DNA of 64,000 nucleotides from Bryobacterales bacterium (GCA_963422375.2 OY729428.2:384001-448000); one strand, 5' to 3'; counted from the first letter of the stretch, positions 1-10,849 are shown. Made by a program: numbers and translations. Notes: generated by a model from the sequence alone, not told the origin.

Positions 1-435
1 GAGACGCCTCTCGAACCGCAGGTCGCGATTCGTGAGAATCCCGACGAGCTTGTTTGCACGGGTCACCGGGACGCCCGAGATCCGGAAATGCGCCATCAGG
101 TCGAGCGCCTCCTGGATCTTCCGGTCCGGGGAAATGGTGATCGGATCGACGATCATCCCGGACTCGCTGCGCTTGACTCGATCAACCTCCTCGGCCTGCC
201 TCTCGACCGACATGTTCCGATGGATGACGCCCAAGCCGCCCTGCCGGGCCAAGGCGATCGCCAGCCTAGACTCGGTGACCGTGTCCATCGCCGCGCTCAG
301 GATCGGAATGTTGATGGATATGCCGCGAGTTACCTGGGTCGCGGTATCGACTTCGGACGGCAGGACCTCGCTATACGCGGGCACCAAGAGCACGTCGTCG
401 AACGTGAGCGCGAGTGGCAGCGGCTCGGTAACCAT
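1..435 (-). CDS. guaB: IMP dehydrogenase, N-terminal part (runs off the window edge)
   Basis: Manual translation from ATG at 435: [30 protein letters not shown]...[34 protein letters not shown]...[12 protein letters not shown]...[10 protein letters not shown], the classic IMPDH N-terminus and CBS region. Not in the ORF track. Confidence 0.97.
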   Translation of the reverse strand, partial: MVTEPLPLALTFDDVLLVPAYSEVLPSEVDTATQVTRGISINIPILSAAMDTVTESRLAIALARQGGLGVIHRNMSVERQAEEVDRVKRSESGMIVDPITISPDRKIQEALDLMAHFRISGVPVTRANKLVGILTNRDLRFERRL

Positions 436-465
436 GAACAATTCTACTGAACGCGTCGAGAGTTA

Positions 466-860
466 TTACCGATTCAGACGATTGCAGGCGGCACCGTGGC
501 CATTGCCGCGATTGGAAGCTACCGCAGGCGAGTTCGGAGCCTGCAAGACGCTGATCGCGGCCTTGACGTCCGCATCGCGGGTGTAGCCGCAGCGCTTGCA
601 CACGTACCGCTTGCCTTGGCGGTGGCTCGCCTCCACCTCGGCGCAGCGATGCCACTGCTGCGACGTAAGGGCGGGATTTCACTTGCTCGAACCTGCGAAC
701 AGCCCAGTCTGCCATCCATGCAAGCTGCCCTAGCAGGAATCCCCGGGACTGGCTCAGCATCGAGCGATTCGGTCCAGTCTTGTGCCTGACGTTCGTTCCG
801 GGCGCATCGGCCGTGCCCTTAGGGGAACGCGTCATGCTGTTGATCTGCAAGGCCTGCGGC
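466..860 (-). pseudogene. tnpB: IS200/IS605-family TnpB C-terminal remnant (frameshifted)
   Basis: LQINSMTRSPKGTADAPGTNVRHKTGPNRSMLSQSRG, then after a frameshift near 680 NPALTSQQWHRC...RQGKRYVCKRCGYTRDADVKAAISVL. This matches the TnpB RuvC-II region, Zn ribbon and RuvC-III (DADxNAAxNI) pattern. Confidence 0.85.
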
Positions 861-933
861 CGCGCTCCCGGAGCGACCGAGCGGGCATTAAACCCGTTGA
901 AGGGAACTTTCGAAGGATCCGGGCCGGACGCCC

Positions 934-2088
934 ATGCCCGCGCTACCGTCCAGCCACCGACACTCTGGCAGAATAGAACCCGTGCTTGGAAGGCTCCTGC
1001 GATCCGCCGCGAGAAGCGGCATCCTGCTCGCGCTAGCGGTCGCGGCCGACGCCCAAGCGGAGGCTGTCCGGGTGGGCTTCATCGGACTGCGCCACGGCCA
1101 CGCCTGGCGCCAGCTCGCCGACATCTCCAAGATCGCCGCAGCGGAGTTCGTGGGCGTGGCGGAATCCATCCCCGGCCTCGTCGAGGAAGCCAAGAAAGTC
1201 CAGCCGGACGGCCGCTACTTCTCCGACTACCGGGAGTTCGTTCGCTCGCAGCGGCCTGAGATCGTCTGGGCCTTCGTCGAGAACAACCGGCACCTCGAGA
1301 TGGTGGAGCACCTCGCGCCGCTGGGAGTTCACGTGATCTTCGAGAAGCCGCTTGCCGGAACGCTCGCGGACGCCGAGCGCATTCGCAAACTGGCGCGCCG
1401 GCACGGCATCCAAGTCATGACGAACTACCAGATGGCCTGGTGGCCGTCGAATCACGAGGTCCGTCGCCTGGCCAGCGAGGGCAGGGTCGGCCGGGTCTGG
1501 CGCCTCCACGGGGTCGTAGGAAACGGCGGCCCCTCGCCGCGGGACCTGCGGCGCAAGGTGTTCTTCGACTGGCTTACCGACCCCGCCGGGAACGGCGGCG
1601 GCGCGCTGATCGATTTCGGCATCTACAGCGCGGTCTGGGCCGCATGGCACCTCGGCTTGCCGACCCACGTTTTTGCCGCGACCAGCCGACTGCAGCCGGA
1701 GCGCTTCCCAAAGGTCGAGGACAGCGCCACGCTGGTGCTGACCTACCCGCAGGGCGTGGGGCTGTTCGAGGGCAGCTGGAACCTGCCGCGCGGCTTCCAG
1801 CGGCTAGAGGTATTCGGTTTCGATGGCTCCCTGACGCTGGACCGCTTGTCCGCTCGGATCCGCGACGGGCGGAAGCGGGAGCAAGAACTGAAGCCCGCGC
1901 CGCTTGACGATATCAACGGCCATCCTGTCCGCTACATGATCGACCGCGTATCGAACGACAAGCCTCTGGAGCACATAGTCGCGCTGGACCTGAATGTCGA
2001 CGCGGTGCAAATCCTCGAGGCGGCCAAGATCTCGGCGCGCGAGCTTCGCGCGGTGCCCCTGCCCCTAGCGGGCGCGGAAACGAACTGA
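934..2088 (+). CDS. Gfo/Idh/MocA family oxidoreductase, probably exported
   Basis: VRVGFIGLRHGH Rossmann start, HVIFEKPLA, GGGALIDFGIY; hydrophobic signal-like N-terminus. The true start may be downstream. Confidence 0.9.
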   Translation: MPALPSSHRHSGRIEPVLGRLLRSAARSGILLALAVAADAQAEAVRVGFIGLRHGHAWRQLADISKIAAAEFVGVAESIPGLVEEAKKVQPDGRYFSDYREFVRSQRPEIVWAFVENNRHLEMVEHLAPLGVHVIFEKPLAGTLADAERIRKLARRHGIQVMTNYQMAWWPSNHEVRRLASEGRVGRVWRLHGVVGNGGPSPRDLRRKVFFDWLTDPAGNGGGALIDFGIYSAVWAAWHLGLPTHVFAATSRLQPERFPKVEDSATLVLTYPQGVGLFEGSWNLPRGFQRLEVFGFDGSLTLDRLSARIRDGRKREQELKPAPLDDINGHPVRYMIDRVSNDKPLEHIVALDLNVDAVQILEAAKISARELRAVPLPLAGAETN

Positions 2089-2090
2089 AA

Positions 2091-2110
2091 CGCCTCGACG
2101 GACCGAGGCG
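2091..2110. terminator. Possible hairpin between convergent genes
   Basis: cgcctcg-acggac-cgaggcg inverted repeat just after the stop at 2088; no U-tract. Confidence 0.3.
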
Positions 2111-2183
2111 GACGCCGACCGCTGTTCCCGCACGCACAGGGCCGGCGGCGGAGTAGGCAGGCGGGTCTCCTGACGAGGTCCCG

Positions 2184-3497
2184 CTAGCGGCTCGAAGCGC
2201 TTGCGGCCTCGCCGACGCCTCGGAACTCGTCCAAGCGCCTGCGGAGTTCAGCCACGATCTCGGGTTGCTCGCTCGCGACGTTGTAGCGCTCCGGCGGGTC
2301 CCGGTCCAAGTGAAACAGCTCGTCGCCATCGACCGTGCGCAGCTTCCAGGGCCCGACCCGGATGCCTTGCACGCCGCGCCCCCTGTGGTACACGAACTCG
2401 CGGCGCGGCGACTCGCCGGTGCGCCCGGCCCAAAGCGGCGCTAGGTCGTGGCCGTCCGCGCCCGCGGGCAGCTCGGCCCCGCCCGCGGCAATCAGAGTGG
2501 CGAAGAGGTCGAGGGTTGCGCCGACTTCCGCGCTGACCGAGCCCGGCGGCACGATCCCGGGCCAGCGGACGATGAGCGGCACGCGCACTCCCCCCTCGTA
2601 GGTGGTGTGCTTCGCGCCGCGCAACGGCCCGGGCGAGCCCGCGTGCCACGGGCGGACGCCCCCGGACAGCATGCGGCCGGGGAGGTTCAGCCAGGGACCG
2701 TTGTCGCTCGTGAACACGACGATCGTGCGGTCGCGCTGGCCGGTGTCGTCCAGAGCGCGCAAGATCTGCCCCGCTGACCAGTCGACGCCCTCGATCACGT
2801 CACCGTACAGGCCGCCCCTCGACGTCCCTCGGAAGCGCCCGGCGGTGCGCAACGGCAGGTGGGGCATGCTGTAGGCGAGGTACGCGAAGAACGGCCTGTC
2901 GGATTCCTCCCGGACGACGTCCACGACCTCCGCCGTGTAGCGCATCGTCAGCTGGTCCTGGTCCACCGGGTGCTCGGCCTTTTCCGCGTTCCGGTACAGC
3001 CACAGCGGCTCGTCGGTCTGCACCCACGGCTTGATCATGTCGTTCGAATAGGGCAGGCCGAACCAACGGTCGAAGCCCCGGCCGACGGGCAGGAATTCCT
3101 TGCTGGCGTAGCCCAGATGCCACTTGCCCGCCATGGCCGTGCGGTAGCCTGCCGCTCGCAGTGCCTGGGGCAGCGTCGTCAAGTCCGTCGGAATGCCGCC
3201 GCTACCTCCAACGCTGGTCGAACCGAGCTCGACGCGGCTCGGATAGCGGCCCAGCAGGAGCTGCACCCGGGCCGGCACGCAGGAAGGCGCCGAGTAGAAG
3301 GAAGTCATTCGCAGCCCCTCGGACGCGAGGCGGTCCAGGTTCGGCGTGCGGATTGTGGGATTGCCGAAGACTCCCAGGTCTCCGTACCCGAGGTCGTCGG
3401 CGAACAGGACCACGATATTCGGCGCGACGGCATCGGCGAGCGGGGCCGCCGGCGCGAGACAGATCAGGAGCAGCGCGATTCGACGCATCGGCGCCAT
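2184..3497 (-). CDS. Arylsulfatase-type sulfatase
   Basis: PNIVVLFADDLGYGD, SCVPAR (CxPxR formylglycine motif), GKWHLG, FTSDNG, YEGGVRVP; signal peptide. Confidence 0.95.
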   Translation of the reverse strand: MAPMRRIALLLICLAPAAPLADAVAPNIVVLFADDLGYGDLGVFGNPTIRTPNLDRLASEGLRMTSFYSAPSCVPARVQLLLGRYPSRVELGSTSVGGSGGIPTDLTTLPQALRAAGYRTAMAGKWHLGYASKEFLPVGRGFDRWFGLPYSNDMIKPWVQTDEPLWLYRNAEKAEHPVDQDQLTMRYTAEVVDVVREESDRPFFAYLAYSMPHLPLRTAGRFRGTSRGGLYGDVIEGVDWSAGQILRALDDTGQRDRTIVVFTSDNGPWLNLPGRMLSGGVRPWHAGSPGPLRGAKHTTYEGGVRVPLIVRWPGIVPPGSVSAEVGATLDLFATLIAAGGAELPAGADGHDLAPLWAGRTGESPRREFVYHRGRGVQGIRVGPWKLRTVDGDELFHLDRDPPERYNVASEQPEIVAELRRRLDEFRGVGEAASASSR

Positions 3498-4360
3498 TAT
3501 CGCGCTTTCGGGGGCGAAGCCGCTTCGTTGTCGATCAGGCGAGTCGATCCGAAGTAGGCGGCGACCGCGATCCGCACCGGACGGTCGATCCGGGTCACGG
3601 GCTCGAGCGTGACGGGATCCGCGATGTCGAAGTAGTCGAGCCGCAGCAGCGGCTGGCGCTCCAAGGCCGCCCGACCGCGCCTGCGCAGGAGGCCGCCGTC
3701 GGGCTCCCCGGCCTCGACCGCATCCCGGGCCGCCCGCAGCTCCCGGGGCAGAGCCGTCGCGGCGACCCGCTCGGCCGCGGTCAGGAGGGCGTTCCTCGAA
3801 CTCAGCGCGAGGCCGTCCGCCTCTCGGACGGTATCGACGCCGACGATCTCGACCGGCAGGTTCGTGTCATCGACCAAGCGGCGGATGATCACCAGCTGCT
3901 GGAAGTCCTTTTCGCCGAAGCAGGCGAAATCAGGCTGCACGATGTTGAGGAGCTTCAGCACTACGGTGGCCACGCCGCGGAAATGCCCGGGGCGACTCGC
4001 GCCGCAGAGGTAGGTATCGAGCCCGGCAAGGTCGATCGTGACGGCGGGCGGCCGCGGGTACATCTCGGCCGGGGTCGGCGCGAACAGGAGGTCAACCCCA
4101 TGCCGCGCGCAGGTCTGCAGGTCGGCCTCGATATCTCGGGGATAGCGGTCCAAGTCGTCCCTCCTGTCGAATTGCAGGGGGTTCACGAACAAGGTCGCGA
4201 CGAGCAGGTCGCAGGACTTCCGGGCGCGGTCGAAGAGTGCCGTGTGGCCGGCATGCAGGGCACCCATCGTGGGGACGCAGCCCACGCGCAGACCCGCCCG
4301 CCGGGCGCGGGCCACGCGTTGCCGGAGAGCCGCGATCTCGCCGATGCTCTCCGTGGGCAT
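3497..4360 (-). CDS. panC: Pantoate--beta-alanine ligase
   Basis: VPTMGALHAGH, FVNPLQF, RPGHFRGVATVV, FGEKDFQQ, GLALSSRN, RLIDN. Confidence 0.98.
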   Translation of the reverse strand: MPTESIGEIAALRQRVARARRAGLRVGCVPTMGALHAGHTALFDRARKSCDLLVATLFVNPLQFDRRDDLDRYPRDIEADLQTCARHGVDLLFAPTPAEMYPRPPAVTIDLAGLDTYLCGASRPGHFRGVATVVLKLLNIVQPDFACFGEKDFQQLVIIRRLVDDTNLPVEIVGVDTVREADGLALSSRNALLTAAERVAATALPRELRAARDAVEAGEPDGGLLRRRGRAALERQPLLRLDYFDIADPVTLEPVTRIDRPVRIAVAAYFGSTRLIDNEAASPPKAR

Positions 4361-4365
4361 CAAGC

Positions 4366-5196
4366 TTAGTCGGGCACCGTAGAGCGCGCCGCCCGCTTAG
4401 TGACGGGCGGGAAATCGCCGCCGCGCACCTCGCTGACGTAATCGGCGGCGGCCTTCGTCACCTGCTGCCCCAGCTTGGCGAACTGCTTGACGAAGCTAGG
4501 AACGAACTCGTCGTAGAGGCCGAGAATGTCGTGGGTGACGAGCACTTGGCCGTCGCAATGCGGGCCCGCTCCGATTCCGATGGTTGGAATGTCGAGGGTC
4601 GCGGTGACCTCGGCCGCCACGTCGACGGGAATCGATTCCAGCACGACGGCGAACGCACCGGCCGCCTCGAGGGCCCGGGCGCTCTCGAGGAGATCGTCCG
4701 CCTCGCGCCGGTTGCGCGCTTGCTTCAGGAAGCCGCCGATCTGATGCACGGACTGCGGGGTAAGGCCTAGGTGGCCCATGACCGGGACGCCGGCGTCGAC
4801 CAGCCGCTGCGTCACCTCCAGCACGGGATGGCCGCCCTCGATCTTGACGGCCTGCGCGCCGCCCTCCTGCAGCAGTCGCCCGGCGGCTCGCACCGCCTCG
4901 GGCACGCCCGCATGGCAGCTCAGGAAGGGCATATCCGCGACCACGAGCGCCCGCGAAGCCCCCCGCGACACGGCAGCCGCATGATGCACTACCGCGTCAA
5001 GAGTCACCGGAACGGTGTTGTCGTACCCGAGCACGACCATCCCGAGGGAGTCCCCTACCAGCAGCACGTCCACGCCGGCCCGGTCCAGCAGCCTGGCCAT
5101 CGTGAAGTCGTACGCGGTGAGCATGGCGATCTTCTCGCCGCCGCGCTTCATGCGCACAAGGTCGGGGGCCTTCACCGCCCGGTCGGCTCTTCGCAT
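4366..5196 (-). CDS. panB: 3-methyl-2-oxobutanoate hydroxymethyltransferase
   Basis: MLTAYD, LLVGDSLGMV, ADMPF, AVKIEGG, GHLGLTPQS, TIGIGAG, DGQVLV. Confidence 0.98.
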   Translation of the reverse strand: MRRADRAVKAPDLVRMKRGGEKIAMLTAYDFTMARLLDRAGVDVLLVGDSLGMVVLGYDNTVPVTLDAVVHHAAAVSRGASRALVVADMPFLSCHAGVPEAVRAAGRLLQEGGAQAVKIEGGHPVLEVTQRLVDAGVPVMGHLGLTPQSVHQIGGFLKQARNRREADDLLESARALEAAGAFAVVLESIPVDVAAEVTATLDIPTIGIGAGPHCDGQVLVTHDILGLYDEFVPSFVKQFAKLGQQVTKAAADYVSEVRGGDFPPVTKRAARSTVPD

Positions 5197-6581
5197 CTCA
5201 CCGATACCCGTCAAAGCCGAACGGCACCTTCGCCAGCGGAATCAAGCCGGCCAGCGCCAAGCGCGCCAACTCCGCGCACGCGCCCGGACTCCCTGAACGA
5301 ATCGAATCGACTCCAAACATCCTCGGGGGACCGGCCCGCCTGCGCTCGCTCCGATTTCATTGTACGTGGGCAGCAGCGGACCGAGGTCGCGCGATCACTG
5401 CGCGTCGGAACGCTGCCGCCCGGCGGTGGCTTGGCCTCCGGTCGGCCCGCCAAGCCAAATCCTGTCCCGGAGCTGCGGACCGACCTGCCCGGACAAGTAG
5501 AACAGCCTACGCTCGGGCAGCCTAGCTACAATCCTGACTAGATTACTAGGTACTATGATCCCCTTGACTAGAGTCCTTACGTCAACGCCATCCATTGCGC
5601 TGGACGAATAGATCCTTTTTCCTCAAGTGCCCTAGTTCCGACCCCTCGAGTTCGGGTTCATTTCAGATAGAGTTCCGGTTGGATGCTCGGTTTCAGAATG
5701 CGGAGCAGGCATCCAATTGACCACCTCCCAAGATTTGAGACACTCGAGCGGAATCTGATGCGCTCTCTTCCCCGTGCCGCCACCAAGGATGACTTCCATC
5801 AGCTCGGAGACTATGCACCTACGCTTTCTGAAGGCTCGAACACACCGGGCGGGACACCCGGGTACTCGCTCGCCGCTCGTTCTCGTGCCAAAGTCGCTAC
5901 CGCAGCCATTCACTCGACCTCCCGAATGAGACGTCCGCGGGAAGTTGAGAGGACAGCGGTCGACTAGGCCGAATGCGCTCCCGTCGTGGACCGACCGGGG
6001 CCTTCGACGGACAGAATGGTCCGATCGCCTCGGTTGAGGAGGCGTCCAGTTCATCCGACCGCAATGCCCGCCAACGTAGGTCAGGAAGGGAGCGGACGCC
6101 GGGGACCCCGAATGGACCGGAGAGTCGACTCCGAGAGCGAGACCGGCGAATTCCGCAGGAAGGCAGGCAGCGCGCCGGTCCGGAGGCGCCCCATTGGCGG
6201 CACGAAGAACGGTGCAGCTCGAGACCATGGAGACGATCGCTGCCTTTGGACGCCGGGATGGAGGGGAAACGCTTGGCTCTACCTGTCGAATCCGAGGTCC
6301 GAGCTACCCGGCCAGCCGGCCCGAGGCGGCGGGCCGCTTCACCGCAGTCAGCCCAAGAAGCGCGTCAGGCGCGTTCGAGGGACGACCACGCAGGCCGCTC
6401 AAATCTCACCTAGGGACGGGTCGGTCCAGCAGCCCCCGAAGATTCGCTTCCGGAAGCGCCGGCCTCGCGCCTCTCTGCTCTTCCGCGCCCCTGACTGCTC
6501 CGTTTCCCGACAGCCGATGCATCGAGCGATGCAAGGTGGTCCGGAGACGAGCGACGCGCCTCGTGGCTGCCGTACCCGGAT

Positions 6582-7004
6582 TCAGCCGAGTGATCGTTCA
6601 GGCCGGTTCTCGCGTAGGAATGTTGTAATGGATTCAAGCGACGCGCCGGGCTGGAAGACTGCCGCGACTCCCTTGTCCCGGAGCGCCGACACGTCCGTGT
6701 CGGGAATGATACCACCCAGCACCACCCTGATGTCCGACGCATCCGCCTGCTCGAGCAGGTCCAGCACTCGCGGCACGATCACCATGTGGGCCCCTGACAG
6801 GATCGACAGGCCGACGAATTCGACGTCCTCCTGCAACGCTGCGTTGACGATCTGCTCCGGTGTCTGGCGGAGCCCCGTGTAGATGACCTCCATCCCCGCG
6901 TCTCGCAGCGCCCGCGCAATCACCTTCGCCCCGCGGTCGTGCCCGTCGAGACCGGGCTTTGCGACCAGCACGCGAATAGGAGGCGCCTTCGGGCCCGGAT
7001 GCAT
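6582..7004 (-). CDS. Methylmalonyl-CoA mutase-type cobalamin-binding small subunit
   Basis: [36 protein letters not shown] (DxHxxG), [14 protein letters not shown]. Confidence 0.95.
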   Translation of the reverse strand: MHPGPKAPPIRVLVAKPGLDGHDRGAKVIARALRDAGMEVIYTGLRQTPEQIVNAALQEDVEFVGLSILSGAHMVIVPRVLDLLEQADASDIRVVLGGIIPDTDVSALRDKGVAAVFQPGASLESITTFLRENRPERSLG

Positions 7005-7159
7005 GCTGCGCACCATAGTACCAGCGTGCTGCCGGCCCCTTCCCCTGCCCGTGACCGTAGACTCCGGTCGCGAGTGCCCTCGGGCCAGCTGGCACTTCGG
7101 TCCAAGGGGCCCGTTGCTACAATGAGCGTCGCAAGGGCTGACATGTTCGAGCCGTCAAG

Positions 7160-9385
7160 ATGAGAGCGATAAGGTCCCTTTTCCCAGTCCCGGCCCTCCT
7201 GATGCTTCTCGCCCTGTCCGCTCTCCCCGAACAGGCGGCCGCGGACGCTTGGGCATCCTGGCGAGGCGCCGCCTCGGACGGCGTGTCGGCAGACACCGGC
7301 CTGCCGGAATCGTGGTCGGCCGACGGTGACAACCTCGTCTGGAAGGCTCCGTACGGCGGACGCTCGGCGCCGATCGTCGTCGGCGGGCGTGTCTGCATGA
7401 TCCGTCTCGCCGAGCCCGAGACAGTCGAGCGCTGGCAGGAGCAGATCGCCTGCCTTGACGCCGAGACGGGCGAGCTCGCCTGGGAGCACCGCTACAACGT
7501 ATTCCAAACCGACATTCCGCACCATCGCGTCGGCTGGGCCAGCTTGGTGGGGGACCCGGCCACCGGGAACGTCTTCGCGCACGGCGTCGAGGGCATGGTG
7601 ATCGCCTTCGATCCCGAGGGCTCGGTGCTATGGTCGCGCTCCACGTCCGAGGAGATCGGCCGGATCTCCGGATTCGGCGGGAGGACCGCGACGCCGGTCC
7701 TGGACGGAGACCTGCTGGTCGTGAGCTTCCTGTCGGCCGGGTGGGGCTCGACGTTCATTCCCCGGCACCGCTTCTACGCATTGGACAAGCGCACGGGGGA
7801 GACCGTCTGGCTCTCGACCCCCGGCAACGCGCCGTACGACACGACCTACACCGTGCCGGTTGTCCGGGAAATCGACGGCCAGAGGCTGCTGATCACCGGC
7901 AACGGGGACGGCGGCATCTACGGCATGCAGGTCGCCACGGGCCTCAAGGTCTGGGAGTTTCCGCTCTCGAAGCGAGGCATTAATTCCTCGGTTGTCGTCG
8001 ACGGGACGACGGTCTACGCGTCCCACAGCGAGGAGAACGTGGACGAGAGCACGTCGATGGGACGGCTCGTGGCCTTGGACGCGGGTCGGGTCGCCGACGG
8101 AATGCCGCAGCCGCTATGGACGGTGGACGGCTTCGCGGCCGGTTACGCTTCCCCGGCGATACAGGACGGAATTCTGTATGCCGTGGACAACTCTGCCAAT
8201 CTCGTCGCGTTTGACGGGTCCACCGGAGCGGAGCTCTGGAAGGAGAACATCGGCATCGCACAGCGCTCCTCCCCGATCATCGCGGACGGCAAGCTGTACG
8301 TGTCGGACGTAGACGGAAAGCTGCACATTTTCCGCCTAGCGGGGCGCGAGGCTCCGGAGCGGACCGACCTGGACGAGTTCGAGAACGAAGACGGCAGCGC
8401 GACGCAGATCAACGGGTCGCCGGCGGTCGCCAACGGCCGGGTCTATTTCATCACGAACAACACGCTCTACTGCATCGGCATGCCGAAGGGCTCCGCCGCA
8501 GCGGCCGCGCCCGTCGCGACCGAGCCTGCAAGAGCCCCTGCGGGAGCCCAGCCCACGCACCTGCAGGTCGTTCCGGGCGAGATCAACCTAGTCCCGGGCG
8601 GCGAGGCGCGCTTCGTCGCTCGCATGTACGATGCCCGGGGCCGTCTGATCGGCACGGGCCCAGCCGAATGGTCCACGGAGGGTGCATTGGAGGGCGAGCT
8701 AGGCCCGGAGGGAGCGTTCACCGCAAGCGGGGTCTTCCCGCAGGGAGGGCATGTCGTGGCGACAGCGCACGGGCTCAGCGGGAAGGCGCGGGTGGCCGTG
8801 CGCCCGTCCGGCGCGTTTCGCGAAGGCTTCGACCGCTACGCTCCCGATACCGTCCCCGACGGCTGGTCCGCGGCTCGCGGCCGCTACAAGGTCGTGGAAG
8901 TCGACGGGGAGAGGATGCTGCAGAAGCCGTCGGGCAATCCGCGCAGCTGGCGCACGACTGTGTACATCGGCACTCCCTCGCAGCGCGGCTACGAAGTCGA
9001 GGCCGAGATGATGTCCATGGAGCAGCGCAGGCGCATGGCGGACATGGGGCTGGTCTCGCACCGCTACACGCTGGCGCTGATGGGCAACGCCCAGAGCCTC
9101 ATGTTCCGCACCTGGATGTCCGAGCTGGACCGGTTCTCCGAGGAGATCCCGTTCGAATGGGATCCGGAGACCTGGTACCGCATGAAGTTCCGAGTCGAGC
9201 CGCACGCCGACGGCAGCACGTCAGTCCGCGGCAAGGTGTGGCCGCGGGACCAAGAGGAGCCGGGCGAATGGACCATCGAGGCAGTCGACCCGATCGGGCA
9301 CGCGCACGGCAGCCCGGGCATCTACGGTTACTCGTCCGCAGACATCTACTACGACAACGTGGCGGTCGCGCCCCTTGGCGACTGA
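7160..9385 (+). CDS. Secreted PQQ-like beta-propeller repeat protein with C-terminal Ig-like and beta-sandwich domains
   Basis: Signal peptide, WASWRG N-terminal motif, repeated LD..TGE..W and SP...dG.vY blades; C-terminal WYRMKFRV...GKVWP...PGIYG...YYDNV. Confidence 0.85.
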   Translation: MRAIRSLFPVPALLMLLALSALPEQAAADAWASWRGAASDGVSADTGLPESWSADGDNLVWKAPYGGRSAPIVVGGRVCMIRLAEPETVERWQEQIACLDAETGELAWEHRYNVFQTDIPHHRVGWASLVGDPATGNVFAHGVEGMVIAFDPEGSVLWSRSTSEEIGRISGFGGRTATPVLDGDLLVVSFLSAGWGSTFIPRHRFYALDKRTGETVWLSTPGNAPYDTTYTVPVVREIDGQRLLITGNGDGGIYGMQVATGLKVWEFPLSKRGINSSVVVDGTTVYASHSEENVDESTSMGRLVALDAGRVADGMPQPLWTVDGFAAGYASPAIQDGILYAVDNSANLVAFDGSTGAELWKENIGIAQRSSPIIADGKLYVSDVDGKLHIFRLAGREAPERTDLDEFENEDGSATQINGSPAVANGRVYFITNNTLYCIGMPKGSAAAAAPVATEPARAPAGAQPTHLQVVPGEINLVPGGEARFVARMYDARGRLIGTGPAEWSTEGALEGELGPEGAFTASGVFPQGGHVVATAHGLSGKARVAVRPSGAFREGFDRYAPDTVPDGWSAARGRYKVVEVDGERMLQKPSGNPRSWRTTVYIGTPSQRGYEVEAEMMSMEQRRRMADMGLVSHRYTLALMGNAQSLMFRTWMSELDRFSEEIPFEWDPETWYRMKFRVEPHADGSTSVRGKVWPRDQEEPGEWTIEAVDPIGHAHGSPGIYGYSSADIYYDNVAVAPLGD

Positions 9386-9411
9386 CCGCCTGTCCGACTA
9401 CGGAGAACCAC

Positions 9412-10839
9412 ATGATCGCTCGCCCCATTCCGAGCCTCTGCCTCGCCCTGGCCCTGGCCGGAGCGGGGAGCCGCACAGCGCCCGCCGCCGACTGGCCGAT
9501 GTGGGGCGGGAACCCGTCCCGCAACATGGTGTCGGCCGAGGAGGGCATTCCGCGCACCTGGGACCTGAAGACGAAGGACCGGGTGAAGTGGGTCGCGGAG
9601 ATCGGCTCGCAGTCCTACGGCAACCCGGTGGTCGCCGACGGCAGGGTCTTCCTGGGAACGAACAACGAGCTCCTGCGCGATCCGGAACAGGGCAACGACC
9701 GCGGCGTCCTCATGACATTCGACGAGGAGACCGGCGCGTTCCTGTGGCAGATGACGCACGAGAAGCTGGAGGCGGGGCGCGTGAACGACTGGCCCGAACA
9801 GGGCGTGTGCTCGTCGCCGGCGGTAGTGGACGGCATGGTCTACTACGTCTCGAATCGGGCCGAGGTGCTCGCGCTCGACGCCGCCGGTTTCCGGGACGGC
9901 GAGAACGACGGGCCCTACACGAACGAGCGGCACACCTCGGAGACCGACGGCGACGTCATCTGGGTGCTCGACATGTACAACGATCTGGGCGTCTTCCCGC
10001 ACAACATGGCGGCGACCTCGCCGCTCGTGGCGGGCGACCTGCTGTTCGTCAACACCTCCAACGGCGTGGACGAGAGCCATATCAATATTCCGTCGCCGCG
10101 CAGCCCCAGCTTTCTCGCCCTGAACCGGAATACCGGCGAAATCGTCTGGGAGGACCGCTCGCCGGGCCGCGGCATCCTCCACGGCCAGTGGTCCTCGCCG
10201 GCTTACGGCGACGCGGGCGGCAAGACCCAAGTGATCTTCGCCGGGGGCGACGGCTGGGTCTACAGCTTCGTGCCGGAATCGGGAGAGCTGATCTGGAAGT
10301 TCGACGCGAACCCCAAGGATTCGGAATGGAAGCAGGGCCGGGGTGACCGCAACAACATCATCGCCACGCCGGTCCTGCTGGACGGGACCGTGTACGTGGC
10401 CGTCGGCCAGGATCCGGAGCACGGCGAGGGCGTGGGCCACCTGTGGGCCATCGACGCCTCGGGCGCGGGGGACGTGACGGAGAGCCACGTGGTCTGGCAC
10501 CACCCCTTCCGGCGAACCGTCTCGACCGTGGCGATCCACGACGGAATCGTTTACGCCCCGAACTTCTCGGGCTTCTTCCACGCCCTTGACCTCGAGACCG
10601 GCAAGCTGCTCTGGGAGTACGACATGCTGGCGGCGGTGTGGGGATCGCCGTACGTCGTCGACGGCAAGGTCATGCTCGGCGACGAGGACGGCGACCTGAC
10701 CGTGCTGAAGACCGGCCGCGAAATGGAGGTGCTGTCCGAGGTCAACTTCGGCAACGTGATCTACTCCACCCCCGTGGCGGCGAACGGCAAGCTGTTCATC
10801 ATGACGAGATCGCACCTGTACGCGATCACGGCCGACTGA
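9412..10839 (+). CDS. Secreted PQQ-like beta-propeller repeat protein
   Basis: ATG at 9412 after GGAG; signal peptide; DWPMWGGNPSRN, GNPVVADGRVF, HGQWSSP and repeated TG..lW blades. Confidence 0.88.
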   Translation: MIARPIPSLCLALALAGAGSRTAPAADWPMWGGNPSRNMVSAEEGIPRTWDLKTKDRVKWVAEIGSQSYGNPVVADGRVFLGTNNELLRDPEQGNDRGVLMTFDEETGAFLWQMTHEKLEAGRVNDWPEQGVCSSPAVVDGMVYYVSNRAEVLALDAAGFRDGENDGPYTNERHTSETDGDVIWVLDMYNDLGVFPHNMAATSPLVAGDLLFVNTSNGVDESHINIPSPRSPSFLALNRNTGEIVWEDRSPGRGILHGQWSSPAYGDAGGKTQVIFAGGDGWVYSFVPESGELIWKFDANPKDSEWKQGRGDRNNIIATPVLLDGTVYVAVGQDPEHGEGVGHLWAIDASGAGDVTESHVVWHHPFRRTVSTVAIHDGIVYAPNFSGFFHALDLETGKLLWEYDMLAAVWGSPYVVDGKVMLGDEDGDLTVLKTGREMEVLSEVNFGNVIYSTPVAANGKLFIMTRSHLYAITAD

Positions 10840-10849
10840 GACGACCGCC

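Noticed and set aside
8668..9411. N-terminal extension of the 723-aa ORF
   Set aside because: Overlaps the upstream gene; the real start is ATG 9412, which has an RBS and a signal peptide.
7160..10839. True PQQ alcohol/glucose dehydrogenases or BamB
   Set aside because: No quinoprotein catalytic motifs recognised, and no bam/der context.
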